From Hydrogenovibrio sp. (lineage in GTDB: Bacteria > Pseudomonadota > Gammaproteobacteria > Thiomicrospirales > Thiomicrospiraceae), in the NCBI GenBank assembly GCA_965658885.1, contig CBFHUY010000001.1:1-56021 (forward strand): 56,021 nucleotides of DNA. Direction: 5' to 3'. The position numbers and the translations under genes were made by a program. Every line of letters starts with the position of its first letter. Positions within the stretch are counted from its first letter, which is position 1. The notes beneath the pieces are model-generated. The model was not told the origin of the DNA. It worked only from the letters and a program-made list of their open reading frames with translations, and did not search any database. This document shows, one piece after another, positions 9,642-20,365 of the stretch.

Positions 9642-11944
9642 GGTAAGCTCCGCACTGTGAAAACCTTTCCCAGATGCCTAAGGCTGAAGAAGAGGCTTGC
9701 ATAAGCGATGATAATCGCGACCAACCAAATGGATGCCGTGACGGGGGTTTGGCTAAAGGTCATGGTCTGATAAAAGCCGACAGACGTGGTGTAGCCTAAA
9801 AACAAACTCCATCCCGCACTGCTAAGCGCCCAGCGCCAACCTAATTCAGAACGAATGGCGGCGAAGGTTGCGACACAAGGGAAATACAGCAAAATGAGCA
9901 GTAAATAGGCATAGGCTCCGGCGGTACCGTCAAAGTGATCAACCAGTTTGTCGATTGAACGGTCGCTGACATTTAATTCAGCAACCATTTGTTGCGCATT
10001 ATCGATCTTATCCAGCTGACCAAGTCCCAATGGATCCAGCAGATCGTCAATAAACTGTTGACCATTCTCGGGGATGGTGGTGAGTGCTTGCAGCAGTTTT
10101 TCGCTGAGAGGTCGTTCGCTGTGTGGTTCGGCGAATGTTTCTGGATTATCCATCGTATGGTATAGGTTGTCCAAAGCGCCCACCACCACTTCCTTAGCTA
10201 ACACACCTGTCAAAATCCCAACAGTAGCAGGCCAGTTGTCCTCGGTAATCCCTAAGGGCTCGACCACAGGGGTGGCAAATTGTGCGGCTTGACTGAGAAT
10301 AGAATCATTCTGGTTTTGGTGGCCAAAGCTGCCATCAGTACCAAAGCTATTCAGCAGGTTGATAATCAGCACAACGATGACGATAATTTTACCCGCCCCA
10401 AACAAAAAGCCTTTCATCTTATTGTGGGTATTGAGTGCAATATTGGTCAAGGCAGGTTTGTGGTAGGTCGGCAGTTCCATTAGTAAGGATTGGGGTTCGC
10501 CTTTTAATAGGGTATGTTTAAGCAATAAAGCGGTCAAAATAGCGGCAAGAATACCAATTAAATACAGAGAAAAAACCATCAAGGTCGCATGATCGGCAAA
10601 GAAAGCGGTGGCAAATAAGACATAAACCGTTAATCGTGCGCTACAAGACATAAAAGGGGTCATCATGGTGGTCATAATGCGCACCTTCGGGTCCGGTAGG
10701 GTGCGACTGGCCAACACGGCGGGAATATTGCATCCTAGCCCCACCACCAGTGGAATAAAGGCTTGTCCTGATAGCCCCAATCGACGCATGCTTCTGTCCA
10801 TAATAAAAGCAGCGCGTTGCATATAGCCACTTTCTTCTAATAGTGATAAAACCAGAAATAAAGCGCCAATGACCGGAATAAAGGTGGCAACGACTTGTAG
10901 GCCGCTGCCAATCCCATCCGCTAAAAGGGTGGTTAGCCATACGGGCACATTGAGGTCATGGAGTAGATTGGTCGGTAAGTCAACAAAGAGTGCTTGAGCG
11001 GTTTGGTCGAAAAAATCGATAAACAGATTGCCCAACGTAATGGAGGTGGCAAACATGACATACATCACTAACAGAAAAATCGGCATGCCGAGCCAAGGAT
11101 GTAATACCCACTTGTCTATTTGATCCGTAGTACTGCGCTTCAAGCTGTCTGTCCGTGTTAAGCTCAGATGGGTTGCTTCATGGGCAAATTGAAAATAGAG
11201 GTCAGCGGTAATTAAAGCGAGGTCTTCTTGGTAGTGGGCTTCAAGTTGTTGTTTTTGCTGTTGCGCAAAGCTTTGTAACTCAGTCGGCGCAGCTTTGGGA
11301 TTCATTAGAATGTGTAATGCTTTCCAGCAGGTATCCTGTGCTTGGTTATTCGGCAACCGATCACGGATGTCATGCACTGAATCATGTAGGGTATCTGGTA
11401 AATCCAGATGCAATGGCGGGCGTTTTTCGACCAGGCCTGGTAGTTTTTGCTTGAACTCTGACACCCCAGCATTGGTATAAGCCGATAATGGAAAAACGGG
11501 GCATCCGAGTTTTTCAGACAACTTTTCAATATCAACATCCAAGTGATTCGCGCTGAGTTGATCCGTGCGGTTTAAGGCAACCACCACGGGTAGCCCCATA
11601 TGTAAGAGTTGTGCTGTTAAAAACAGTTGTCTTTCTAAACAATTGGCATCCACCACATTGATTAAAAGGTCAACCGGCTGGCTTTGCAGAAAATCCCGTG
11701 CAACTTTCTCGTCCAACCCCGAGTGCGCATTGTCTTCTAAGCTATAAACACCAGGTAAGTCGGTCAGAATGGCAGGGTGTTTATTGACTTTTAATCGACC
11801 AACCTTTTTTTCAACAGTCACGCCCGGCCAATTACCGGTTGTTTGGTTGGCTCCTGTTAAACGGTTGAAGAGGGTGGTTTTACCCGCATTTGGACTGCCG
11901 ATGAGCGCAATTTGGAGAGGGGAAGCTGACGGCATCTTACTCAT
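9638..11944 (-). CDS. feoB: Ferrous iron transporter B
   Basis: GSPNAGKTT, GNWPGVTVE, DLPGVYSL, PFMSCSARL, LYFPCVAT. Confidence 0.97.
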   Translation of the reverse strand: MSKMPSASPLQIALIGSPNAGKTTLFNRLTGANQTTGNWPGVTVEKKVGRLKVNKHPAILTDLPGVYSLEDNAHSGLDEKVARDFLQSQPVDLLINVVDANCLERQLFLTAQLLHMGLPVVVALNRTDQLSANHLDVDIEKLSEKLGCPVFPLSAYTNAGVSEFKQKLPGLVEKRPPLHLDLPDTLHDSVHDIRDRLPNNQAQDTCWKALHILMNPKAAPTELQSFAQQQKQQLEAHYQEDLALITADLYFQFAHEATHLSLTRTDSLKRSTTDQIDKWVLHPWLGMPIFLLVMYVMFATSITLGNLFIDFFDQTAQALFVDLPTNLLHDLNVPVWLTTLLADGIGSGLQVVATFIPVIGALFLVLSLLEESGYMQRAAFIMDRSMRRLGLSGQAFIPLVVGLGCNIPAVLASRTLPDPKVRIMTTMMTPFMSCSARLTVYVLFATAFFADHATLMVFSLYLIGILAAILTALLLKHTLLKGEPQSLLMELPTYHKPALTNIALNTHNKMKGFLFGAGKIIVIVVLIINLLNSFGTDGSFGHQNQNDSILSQAAQFATPVVEPLGITEDNWPATVGILTGVLAKEVVVGALDNLYHTMDNPETFAEPHSERPLSEKLLQALTTIPENGQQFIDDLLDPLGLGQLDKIDNAQQMVAELNVSDRSIDKLVDHFDGTAGAYAYLLLILLYFPCVATFAAIRSELGWRWALSSAGWSLFLGYTTSVGFYQTMTFSQTPVTASIWLVAIIIAYASLFFSLRHLGKVFTVRSLP
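11431..11440. repeat. CCAGGCCTGG core in feoB (KLPGLV)
   Basis: cga-CCAGGCCTGG-tagttttt. Confidence 0.8.
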
Positions 11945-12189
11945 ATAGCAACTTTTACCTCAATCTGTTGGGCAATATCTTGGCCAATTGCAAAACGACT
12001 GCCATCCACAGACACCACCCATTGTTGATGGCGTTTTAGAATCAGCTTGATAAAGCTATCTGTGTGAAACCCAAGGTTGACCAAGTGCAATTTGCAGGAT
12101 AAATCCCCATTTAATGCGGTAATTTGATAGGTTTCACCTGGCTTTCCTTCTGACAAGCGGTGATAGGTGTGGTGAGGTAATTGTGTCAT
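11941..12189 (-). CDS. feoA: Ferrous iron transport protein A
   Basis: FeoA-like LVNLGF...VDGSRFAIG, upstream of feoB. Start is ATG 12189. The upstream poly-Ile extension is the Fur box read as codons. Confidence 0.88.
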   Translation of the reverse strand: MTQLPHHTYHRLSEGKPGETYQITALNGDLSCKLHLVNLGFHTDSFIKLILKRHQQWVVSVDGSRFAIGQDIAQQIEVKVAI

Positions 12190-12192
12190 AAA

Positions 12193-12211
12193 GATAATGA
12201 TAATAATTATT
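12193..12211. promoter_or_regulatory. Fur box overlapping the feoA promoter
   Basis: GATAATGATAATAATTATT matches the consensus GATAATGATAATCATTATC at 17/19. It overlaps the minus-strand TTGCAT-N17-TATCAT promoter. Confidence 0.9.
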
Positions 12212-12268
12212 ATTAATAAATGCAACAAGAGTTAAGGGTCATTTCTTTATGGCATGCTTGAGTGGTCG

Positions 12269-12904
12269 TCAATTGGATGATAAGGAGTCGTTTTGTGGTT
12301 TACGTTTAATACGATAAAGCGCGACTTCTCCCAATAAGTTGGGCGATAAATGGGTGAATAAACTCGACTGGTGCTGGCTATTGACAACCTTGCGTTCAAC
12401 AATGGCAACGTCCTTTTCTTCGCACAGGTCCTCAAAGTCGCTGAAGGTGCAAAGGTGAATATTAGCCGTATTGTACCAAGGGTTGGGTAGGGTCGCATTT
12501 TGTGGCATACGTCCCTGGAAAAATAGTCTGGATAGATTGCGCCAATGGCCAAAGTTGGGGAAAGTGATAATGCCTTCTTTGCCCACCGCCAGCATTTCAT
12601 CAATCAGTAAGTCGGGGCGACTGACTACCTGAAGCGCTTGGGTCATAATGACATAGTCAAAAGAATCTTCATCAAAGTAGCTGCAGATATCGTTGCTATT
12701 GAGGTTACTTTGAATAACATTAATGCCACGGGAAATGGCCACAATATTTTTTTCGGGATCGATTTCCATACCGTAACCCGTTGTTTGACGCGTTTCCTTT
12801 AGATGGTGCAATAAGGTGCCATCACCACAACCTAAGTCAAGGACGCGGCTATTGGGCAAAATCCATTCAGAAATCAGGTTGAATTCTGGCTGACGAGAAC
12901 TCAT
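12269..12904 (-). CDS. metW: Methionine biosynthesis protein MetW
   Basis: [27 protein letters not shown], downstream of metX. Confidence 0.93.
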   Translation of the reverse strand: MSSRQPEFNLISEWILPNSRVLDLGCGDGTLLHHLKETRQTTGYGMEIDPEKNIVAISRGINVIQSNLNSNDICSYFDEDSFDYVIMTQALQVVSRPDLLIDEMLAVGKEGIITFPNFGHWRNLSRLFFQGRMPQNATLPNPWYNTANIHLCTFSDFEDLCEEKDVAIVERKVVNSQHQSSLFTHLSPNLLGEVALYRIKRKPQNDSLSSN

Positions 12905-14052
12905 GACGAGGCTCCTTCCGCGCAGCTATCGGCTAAAATTCTTTCCATATACGCTCTAAAAATACCTTCATAATGGTCATTGGGTAATAAAAATGCATCG
13001 TGTCCATGTTGTGAGTCCACTTCCGCATAGCTGACCTCTGCATCATTATCGAGCAGGGCTTTGACAATTTCCTGGGAACGCTCCGGTGCAAATCGCCAGT
13101 CAGAAGTAAAAGAAATCACTAAAAACTGAGCAGTCGCTTTGGCTAAGGCATGGCTAAGGTTGTTATCAAAATCGGCAGCAGGATCAAAATAATCCAATGC
13201 TTTGGTCATTAAAAGATAAGTATTCGCATCAAAATTCTGCTTGGTAGCAAATTTTTCGCCCTGGTATCGTAAGTAGCTTTCAACTTGAAACTCGACATCA
13301 AAACTATAACTCAGCTTGCCTTCGCGTAACTCGCGCCCAAATTTGGTGCCCATCATGTCGTCCGATAAATAGGTCAAATGCCCCAACATCCGAGCCAGTG
13401 CCAACCCTTTCTTAGGGGTGGTGTTGGCTTCAATAAAACGCCCATTGTGAAAGTCAGGGTCCGTCATAATGGCACGACGAGCCACTTCATTAAAGGCAAT
13501 ATTTTGTGCTGAGAGTTTGGGGGCGGCGGCAATTACGATCGCATGTTGTAGCTGGTCAGGATAATCAATGGCCCATTGTAGCACTTGCATACCGCCCATA
13601 GAGCCGCCGATGACGGCAGCCCAACGGTCAATATTAAGGTGTTGGCGTAACTGGTTTTGGCTATGCACCCAGTCTTTACACGTAACGATGGGAAAGTCAG
13701 GACCATAAACCTGTCCGGTAAGCGGGTTAATGCTTGCTGGGCCAGTCGAACCGTGACAGCCGCCTAAATTATTGGAGCAAACCACAAAAAAATGGTCGGT
13801 ATCAATCGGTTTGCCCGGACCAATGTAAGCATGCCACCAACCAGGGTTTTTATCGCCCTCATAATAGCCAGCCACATGGTGGTTGCCGCTCAAAGCATGA
13901 CAGATGAGCAGGGCATTGGATGCAGTGTCATTTAGTTGGCCATAGGTTTCATAGACTAGGTCATATTGTGGTAAGACAGAGCCTGAAACCATTTCAAGTG
14001 GTGTATCAATATGCAGTGTTTGCGGGCTAACCCATTCTTGATCCATTTTCAT
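12901..14052 (-). CDS. metX: Homoserine O-acyltransferase MetX (succinyl vs acetyl specificity not determined)
   Basis: CHALSG, GGSMGG, FDANTY, SDWRF, HGHDAFL. Confidence 0.95.
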   Translation of the reverse strand: MKMDQEWVSPQTLHIDTPLEMVSGSVLPQYDLVYETYGQLNDTASNALLICHALSGNHHVAGYYEGDKNPGWWHAYIGPGKPIDTDHFFVVCSNNLGGCHGSTGPASINPLTGQVYGPDFPIVTCKDWVHSQNQLRQHLNIDRWAAVIGGSMGGMQVLQWAIDYPDQLQHAIVIAAAPKLSAQNIAFNEVARRAIMTDPDFHNGRFIEANTTPKKGLALARMLGHLTYLSDDMMGTKFGRELREGKLSYSFDVEFQVESYLRYQGEKFATKQNFDANTYLLMTKALDYFDPAADFDNNLSHALAKATAQFLVISFTSDWRFAPERSQEIVKALLDNDAEVSYAEVDSQHGHDAFLLPNDHYEGIFRAYMERILADSCAEGASS

Positions 14053-14060
14053 AAGCTTTG

Positions 14061-14630
14061 CTATGACACCAACCGTTGGCCATATTGAGCAAGCGAACCG
14101 ACAACGACAATTTGCGTTAACTTGATCGCTAAAATGGCAACAATCGGAGACAAATCAAGCCCACCCATGGGGGGAATCAATCGTTGAAAGGGTTTTAAAA
14201 TGGGTTCTGCTAACGCATAGAAGATGGCCGTGTTCGGGTTGTAGCCTGGCGATACCCAGCTCAATATCACTTGGATAATGATCAACCAAAACATCATGTC
14301 CAATAGCTGATTCATAATTTCGGTGACGGACGAAATTACGATTAAGGGAATACCAAATTCGCGTTCTGTCAGCCAGCCAATAACAACGACAACGAGTGCT
14401 TGAATAAGCGCAGCTGTGATTAAAGCACTCCAGTCCCAACGATTCGGGCGCGGCAGAACCTGGTTAATCGGAGCGCAAAGAGGGTTGGTGATTTTGGCAA
14501 TAAAATTGACAACCGGGTGCCGCCAGTCAATATGGGTTGCACGCATAAAGAATCGTAATAACAAGGCAAAAATAACCAGGCCTGCTAGAAATTGTAAAAG
14601 AAATAAGCCTCCTTGACCTGCGGGTGACAT
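14061..14630 (-). CDS. yggT: YggT family membrane protein
   Basis: Duplicated YGGT repeat, [11 protein letters not shown], proC-yggT-metX synteny. Confidence 0.92.
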   Translation of the reverse strand: MSPAGQGGLFLLQFLAGLVIFALLLRFFMRATHIDWRHPVVNFIAKITNPLCAPINQVLPRPNRWDWSALITAALIQALVVVVIGWLTEREFGIPLIVISSVTEIMNQLLDMMFWLIIIQVILSWVSPGYNPNTAIFYALAEPILKPFQRLIPPMGGLDLSPIVAILAIKLTQIVVVGSLAQYGQRLVS

Positions 14631-15466
14631 TATGGTGCTCCTTTATAATCGCCTAGTTCATCGGCGAGTTGGGTGGCTCTGTGCTTCGCAGCACGAATGG
14701 CCGTTTCAACGATGTTTTTAAAGTCATTCTCTTCAAAGCTTTCAATGGCTTTTTCAGTGGTGCCATTGGGAGAAGTCACTTTGTGACGTAAAGCCGCACA
14801 ATCTTCTCGGCTTTCCAGTGCCATTTTCGCTGCACCAAAAGCTGTTTGGATGGTTAATAGTCGTGCGGTCGCTTCGTCCAATCCAAGGGTTTGTCCAGCT
14901 TGCTGCATGGCTTCCATCATCAAGAAAAAATAAGCTGGCCCGCTGCCTGAAAGGGCGGTGACGGTATCCAAGTCGGCTTCTTGCTTGAGCCAAAGTGTCA
15001 GCCCGGCTGCCCGTAAAATGTGTTCAGCTTGTTCTTTCTGAGGTTGTGTGACCTTAGTGTTGGCAAATAAGCCCGTTGCGCCACTTTGTACCAGTGCCGG
15101 GGTATTGGGCATGGCGCGAACAATGGCATTTCCACCGCCTAACCAACGGTCAATGTCGGTTGAGCGAACACCAGCCGCAATGGATATGACTAGAGACTCT
15201 TGTAAATGGGCATCTTCAGCCAGTTCAGTGCAGACCGTTTCTAATAACTGGGGTTTGACGGCGAGCACGATGATATCGGCTTTTGAGGCCGCTTCGGCAT
15301 TGTTTTCATCGCAATGAATACCCAATTTTTCAGTTATATCACGTCGCTGGGCGTCACTTTTGTCGGTGGCCGTAATTAATGATTTGGGGTAACCACTGGC
15401 AATCAGACCGCCAATCAAGCTCAGTGACATATTTCCGGCACCGATAAAACAAATGGTTGAATGCAT
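14630..15466 (-). CDS. proC: Pyrroline-5-carboxylate reductase
   Basis: FIGAGNM, LAVKPQ, RAMPNTP, SGSGPAY, VTSPNGTT. Start ATG 15466, behind GAGG. Confidence 0.96.
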   Translation of the reverse strand: MHSTICFIGAGNMSLSLIGGLIASGYPKSLITATDKSDAQRRDITEKLGIHCDENNAEAASKADIIVLAVKPQLLETVCTELAEDAHLQESLVISIAAGVRSTDIDRWLGGGNAIVRAMPNTPALVQSGATGLFANTKVTQPQKEQAEHILRAAGLTLWLKQEADLDTVTALSGSGPAYFFLMMEAMQQAGQTLGLDEATARLLTIQTAFGAAKMALESREDCAALRHKVTSPNGTTEKAIESFEENDFKNIVETAIRAAKHRATQLADELGDYKGAP

Positions 15467-15550
15467 TTTAACCTCTTTAAGCAAATGGTTATAAAAACTG
15501 CTCAATATTATAACGGATTCCGTAGGGCGCTGTGAATGTGAAAGCGCGGT

Positions 15551-16825
15551 TCAATTCTTTTTAAAGAGTTTCCGATTACCCCGCTCATTAATGGCACCTG
15601 CCAAACGTTTAATTCCATGAATATAAGCCGCCGTGCGCATTGAAGATGCAAAGTGGTGTGCCATGTCATACACCTTATTCGCTTCTTTTTTCATAATCTT
15701 TTCTAATTGGGTTTGCACCTCTTTGGCCTCCCAGTAAAAACCAGCACGGTTTTGTACCCATTCAAAATAACTCACGGTGACCCCGCCTGCGTTCGCTAGG
15801 ACATCGGGAATCACTTGGATGTTTTTAGCGTAGAGAATTTCATCCGCTTGAGGCGAAATTGGGCCATTGGCAATTTCTAAGATGGTATGCGCTTTAATCT
15901 GATCGACATTTTCTTGTGTAATTTGATTTTCCATTGCGGCCAAAACCAAAACATCGACATCCAACTCTAACAATTCCTCATTAGTTATGGTTTCATAGGT
16001 TTCAATAGCGCAGATTGATTCATCACAATAGGCCGATCCTAGTTTGTGTGCCTTGTCTTTAAAGGCTTTAACATTCGCTATGTTGAGTCCGGAAGGGCAT
16101 TTGATGGCACCTTTTGAATCGGAGATGGCGACAACGCGAAAGCCTTGCTGTTGTGCAAGTTGAGCGAAGTGGTAACCGGCATTCCCAAAGCCTTGAACGG
16201 CAATGGTGGTTTCGTTGGGTTCCCAGTTTTGGCGACGAGCATAGACATCCAAACAAAAAAGCGCACCCTGTCCCGTTGCCTGTTCACGGCCTTCAGAGCC
16301 ATTAAGATGCACGGGTTTTCCGGTAATAATGCCCGGGATTTGTCGGCGTGAGATCATTGCATATTCGTCTGCCATCCACCCCATAATGGTGGCATTGGTG
16401 TACATGTCTGGCGCAGGAATATCACGGCTTTCTCCAATAATATCAGCAAAGGCTCGAATATAACCTCGAGAGAGTCGCTCAATTTCGAGCAAAGAGAGTT
16501 CTTTGGGGTTTACTGTGATGCCACCTTTTGCACCACCAAAGGGTAACCCCGCAACAGCACATTTTACGGTCATCCAAAAACTGAGGGAAGTGACTTCATC
16601 AAGGTTCACTCTTGGGTGATAGCGAATGCCGCCTTTAGTGGGGCCTCGGGTGTCATCATATTGTACTCGGTAGCCGGTGAATACTTGTAAACGTCCATCA
16701 TCCATTCTGACGGGGATATTAACGATAATGGAACGATTAGGGACTGATAAGCGGGTCATGACCTCTTCTTCAACATCGATATAGTTAAAAACATCTTTCA
16801 GTCTTTGTTTTGCCATTTCAAACAT
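15551..16825 (-). CDS. gdhA: Glu/Leu/Phe/Val dehydrogenase (glutamate dehydrogenase)
   Basis: GPTKGGIRYHP, PFGGAKGG, DIPAPD, QGFGNAG, ANAGGVTVSYFEWVQN. Confidence 0.93.
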   Translation of the reverse strand: MFEMAKQRLKDVFNYIDVEEEVMTRLSVPNRSIIVNIPVRMDDGRLQVFTGYRVQYDDTRGPTKGGIRYHPRVNLDEVTSLSFWMTVKCAVAGLPFGGAKGGITVNPKELSLLEIERLSRGYIRAFADIIGESRDIPAPDMYTNATIMGWMADEYAMISRRQIPGIITGKPVHLNGSEGREQATGQGALFCLDVYARRQNWEPNETTIAVQGFGNAGYHFAQLAQQQGFRVVAISDSKGAIKCPSGLNIANVKAFKDKAHKLGSAYCDESICAIETYETITNEELLELDVDVLVLAAMENQITQENVDQIKAHTILEIANGPISPQADEILYAKNIQVIPDVLANAGGVTVSYFEWVQNRAGFYWEAKEVQTQLEKIMKKEANKVYDMAHHFASSMRTAAYIHGIKRLAGAINERGNRKLFKKN

Positions 16826-16882
16826 GATTTGGCCTCCGTTTATAAGTTTGAAAAAAGGGTGCCTGATCTTTGGTATCTTAAC

Positions 16883-17641
16883 TCAATGTCGTTGGGCAAC
16901 CAGATGAATATAGCGCGCCATATGTCGAAAATCGGGCGCGCGACAATAGCGATATTCGAGTTCAGCCAGTTCTTGCGAGTCTGTTTTTTCGAGCGCCGTG
17001 GGAGGGATATAGTCATGAAATACCCGAATGCCCGTTTCGACCTTAACACGAAAGCCCCATTGTTGAAGCCAATCTAAAACCGCATGTGGAAATTGCGGGT
17101 TAGGGGGGGTTAACCTTTTTCCTTTGCCCATATAGTGGTCGTTTAATAAAAACTGGAGTCGCCAATCTCCTTTCAGGGCATTGCTCATGACGATTGAGTT
17201 ACGATTGTAATACAGCAAAGAGAGGTGGCCTTTGGGAGCGACCTTGTCGGCAACGGTTTTTAATGTGGTTTTGGGAGATGCAAGCCATTCTAAAACCGCA
17301 TGAAACAACACGAGATCAAACTGGGGTAAATCGGCTGCGAGATCCTGAGCGGCACCATGCAAAAAAGTGGCGGATAGATTTTGATCGGTAAAGTGTTGTT
17401 GGGCACGATTCAGCATCTTCGAGGATAAATCGCAGAGGGTGAGGTCATGTTCCATTTCAGCAAACCAGGCACTGATTTGGGCCAAACCACAGCCAGCATC
17501 CCATATTGACAGTGCAGACGATTGCTGGAAGGTTTGCAGATCTTCTTTGATGAGTTTGAGTCTCAGGTCGCCCTTCAAGGTGCCATAAACACGTTGTTCA
17601 AATTTTTCGACTAAATTATCAAAATTACGGTCAGTTTGCAT
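16883..17641 (-). CDS. cmoM: tRNA cmo5U34 methyltransferase (SmtA/CmoM)
   Basis: N-terminal DRNFD..EKF...YGT.KG, FHAVLEW, GIRVFHDY, RYIH. Confidence 0.88.
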   Translation of the reverse strand: MQTDRNFDNLVEKFEQRVYGTLKGDLRLKLIKEDLQTFQQSSALSIWDAGCGLAQISAWFAEMEHDLTLCDLSSKMLNRAQQHFTDQNLSATFLHGAAQDLAADLPQFDLVLFHAVLEWLASPKTTLKTVADKVAPKGHLSLLYYNRNSIVMSNALKGDWRLQFLLNDHYMGKGKRLTPPNPQFPHAVLDWLQQWGFRVKVETGIRVFHDYIPPTALEKTDSQELAELEYRYCRAPDFRHMARYIHLVAQRH

Positions 17642-17656
17642 AAAATAAAGAAATCT

Positions 17657-17683
17657 TAAAGTTAATGGATGATTGGCCGTTAA
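17657..17683 (+). promoter_or_regulatory. Sigma28 (FliA) promoter
   Basis: TAAA-N15-GCCGTTAA against the consensus TAAA-N15-GCCGATAA, 36 nt upstream of ORF 17720. Confidence 0.75.
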
Positions 17684-17719
17684 TATTTATTAAGAACAAG
17701 TGTTTAGAGGAATTTTGTT

Positions 17720-18742
17720 ATGGCTGCCATCTCTCCGAGCGAAGGATATACTTCCGCAATTAGCAACAAGTCTAATGGTCTTGAAGGTTTACTACAAGCA
17801 AAAAATAAAGCTGATCAATTGCAGATGACAGCGGGTCAAAATATGGGTGCCGATACAAAGGATCGGTTTGATGGATCGGCGAAAGGCTTGCAGGCGTATG
17901 CCGCGACTGAAAAGTTTCAACAATCTTATGCCTATAGTCAAACCATGACACTGGCATTAACCACGCAGCAGGGCGATGAAATTCGGGTCGATTTTCGACA
18001 ACTTTATGCTCAGTATCAACAGGCGCAACACTCTCAATCTCAGCAACAAGGCCCTGAAGGGGTTCGTTATTTTGAAAGTCGAGAAACACTGGAAGCAACG
18101 GCATTTGAAGAGCGGTTTGGCTTTTCGGTAGAAGGCGATTTAAACGAAGCTGAACTGAATGCAGTATTTGATGTCTTTAAGCAAGTTGACCGTTTGGCAA
18201 CGGAATTCTTTAATGGGGATATTGAAAAAGCCTTTGAAAAGGCTCAAGCGCTCAATGTGGATTTTGGTCAGCTTAGCAGTGTGAGTTTGGATCTCAATAA
18301 AAAGGAAAGTGCGGCCATTAGTTATCAGCAAGCCCAGGCATATCAAACGGTTGAATCCAATCAAGCTAATGAGTCAGGTGCGCAAGGGCAAATTTCACAA
18401 TTACCGCCTTACTTAAAAAGTTGGCAAGAGGTCATTCAACGCATGGACGAGCAATTTGCAGATGCGCGAGACAGTTTCGATAAGTTGATGGCCGGCAGTC
18501 TAGCACAAAGGAGTGAGGGAACAACTGGTCAAGATTTTTCAACTTGGTATGATCGTGTCAGTCGTTTTCATGACAAACTGGCTGAAGTTGCCAATTTGGA
18601 TAAGAAAACCTTAAAGCCCAGTAACCTTGAAGTGGAACCCTTGATTCAATCAGCAGAAGCACTCGCTGAAAAAGCAACAGAACAAGTGCAATCCTCGAAT
18701 GAATCGGCAGATGAAAGTTTGTTAACGTCGAGCACCAAATAA
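17720..18742 (+). CDS. Hypothetical protein, DUF5610-like, probably in the late flagellar regulon
   Basis: LTTQQGDEI and FSVEGDLNEAEL..V..L...FFNGD motifs recall this family (from memory, not searched). GAGG SD and sigma28 promoter upstream. Confidence 0.7.
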   Translation: MAAISPSEGYTSAISNKSNGLEGLLQAKNKADQLQMTAGQNMGADTKDRFDGSAKGLQAYAATEKFQQSYAYSQTMTLALTTQQGDEIRVDFRQLYAQYQQAQHSQSQQQGPEGVRYFESRETLEATAFEERFGFSVEGDLNEAELNAVFDVFKQVDRLATEFFNGDIEKAFEKAQALNVDFGQLSSVSLDLNKKESAAISYQQAQAYQTVESNQANESGAQGQISQLPPYLKSWQEVIQRMDEQFADARDSFDKLMAGSLAQRSEGTTGQDFSTWYDRVSRFHDKLAEVANLDKKTLKPSNLEVEPLIQSAEALAEKATEQVQSSNESADESLLTSSTK

Positions 18743-19423
18743 GTCGGTTCCAATTCTGACGAGGGTTGCTCCTTCAAGGATAGCGGCTTCTAAATCCGCT
18801 GACATTCCCATTGAGAGGGTATCTAGTTTGCTGTCTGGGCATAACGCTTGTAATTGTTTGAGCAATTGCTGCATTTGTTGAAACGGTTGGCGTTGTGCCT
18901 CTAATCCTTCTGATCTGGCCGGAATGGCCATAAGCCCTCTTAGCGATAGATTGGGCATTGCGGCTATTTCAGCCGCTTGTGCCAATAGGTCTGTCTGACT
19001 AAATCCCGCTTTTGAAGCTTCTTCACTGATATTCACTTCCAGCAATATGTTTAAGGCGGGCAAGTCTTTTGGGCGTTGCTCAGACAGGCGTCGTGCAATT
19101 TTGTAGCGATCGACACTGTGAACCCATTGAAAGTGCTCCGCAATCGGGCGTGTTTTATTCGACTGTATCGGCCCGATAAAATGCCACTCTAAATCCGGTC
19201 GCTGTTCAATCTTCGTTAACGCTTCTTGTAAATAATTTTCACCAAAGGCTTTCTGGCCTGCCTCGGCAAGGGTTTCAATGGCAGATAGCGGTTTGGTTTT
19301 GCTGACGGCTAGCAGTTGAACGCTCTGTTGTGGACGATTGGCTGCTGTCGTGGCGGCCTTAATGCGATCCAGTACGGCTTGGTAGTTTTGGATGAGTTCG
19401 GCGGTGGTTAAATTGTCTATCAT
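18722..19423 (-). CDS. yggS: PLP homeostasis protein YggS
   Basis: LLAVSKT, FGENYLQE, WHFIGPIQSNK, LSMGMSADLE, VRIGT. Confidence 0.96.
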   Translation of the reverse strand: MIDNLTTAELIQNYQAVLDRIKAATTAANRPQQSVQLLAVSKTKPLSAIETLAEAGQKAFGENYLQEALTKIEQRPDLEWHFIGPIQSNKTRPIAEHFQWVHSVDRYKIARRLSEQRPKDLPALNILLEVNISEEASKAGFSQTDLLAQAAEIAAMPNLSLRGLMAIPARSEGLEAQRQPFQQMQQLLKQLQALCPDSKLDTLSMGMSADLEAAILEGATLVRIGTDLFGARR

Positions 19424-19528
19424 TTTTATTTTTGACTCATAAGAAATTTCTAAGCACTCATTATCGCTTGGTTATTGAAAGGTGTAAAATGAATATTATG
19501 ACAATTATGATTTATGAGGAGTGTGTGA

Positions 19529-20320
19529 ATGAAGAAGATCCAATCCAGTGATTTAAACTATCCCTATGAAGAAAAACTCTCTCGTTCAGAGTATGAAGAG
19601 ACTAAAGCATTATTACAAATTGAATTGCTAAAGTGCCAAAAGTGGATTAAGCACCAAGGTGAGCGACTGGTGATTTTATTTGAAGGCCGCGATGCAGCTG
19701 GCAAAGGGGGCACCATAAAACGTATTATGGAACATTTAAACCCCAGGGGCGCACGTGTGGTAGCTTTGGACAAGCCTTCCGAAACGGAAAAAGGACAATG
19801 GTATTTTCAACGCTATATCAAACACTTGCCGACAGCGGGTGAGATGGTTTTGTTTGACCGTTCCTGGTATAACCGAGCGGGCGTTGAGCGGGTTATGGGG
19901 TTTTGTACCCCGCCGGAATACAATCAATTTATGCATCAGGCACCTGAATTAGAGCGCATGATTACGTCAAGTGGGATTCATTTGATGAAGTTTTGGTTTT
20001 CGGTTGGACGAGATGAACAGCTACGACGATTCAATAACCGCCAACACGATCCTTTAAAACAATGGAAACTCAGTCCAATGGATTTGGCATCTCTTGACCG
20101 GTGGGAAGAATATACCAAAGCCAAAGAAGATATGTTTTTTTACACCAACACCAAAGAAGCACCTTGGACGGTGATTAAATCCAATGATAAAAAACGTGCT
20201 CGTTTAGAAGCGATTCGCTATGTGTTGAACGCCTTTCCTTATGACAATAAGAATGAGGAAATCCTACAGCAGGATCCATTGATTATTAGTTCGGGTGAAG
20301 ATGTCTTTAAAGAAGATTAA
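19529..20320 (+). CDS. ppk2: Polyphosphate kinase 2
   Basis: EGRDAAGKGG, QWYFQRY, FDRSWYNRAGVERVMGF, WKLSPMD. Confidence 0.96.
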   Translation: MKKIQSSDLNYPYEEKLSRSEYEETKALLQIELLKCQKWIKHQGERLVILFEGRDAAGKGGTIKRIMEHLNPRGARVVALDKPSETEKGQWYFQRYIKHLPTAGEMVLFDRSWYNRAGVERVMGFCTPPEYNQFMHQAPELERMITSSGIHLMKFWFSVGRDEQLRRFNNRQHDPLKQWKLSPMDLASLDRWEEYTKAKEDMFFYTNTKEAPWTVIKSNDKKRARLEAIRYVLNAFPYDNKNEEILQQDPLIISSGEDVFKED

Positions 20321-20365
20321 CGCGCATTATTTTAATTTACATATATATAGTTAAGGAATAAAGCC

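Noticed and set aside
12190-12228. Poly-Ile N-terminal extension of FeoA
   Set aside because: It is the AT-rich Fur box and promoter read as codons.
19495-19516. ATGA repeats upstream of ppk2 as a Pho box
   Set aside because: Only one TGTCAT half-site (minus strand), and the spacing is not 11 bp.
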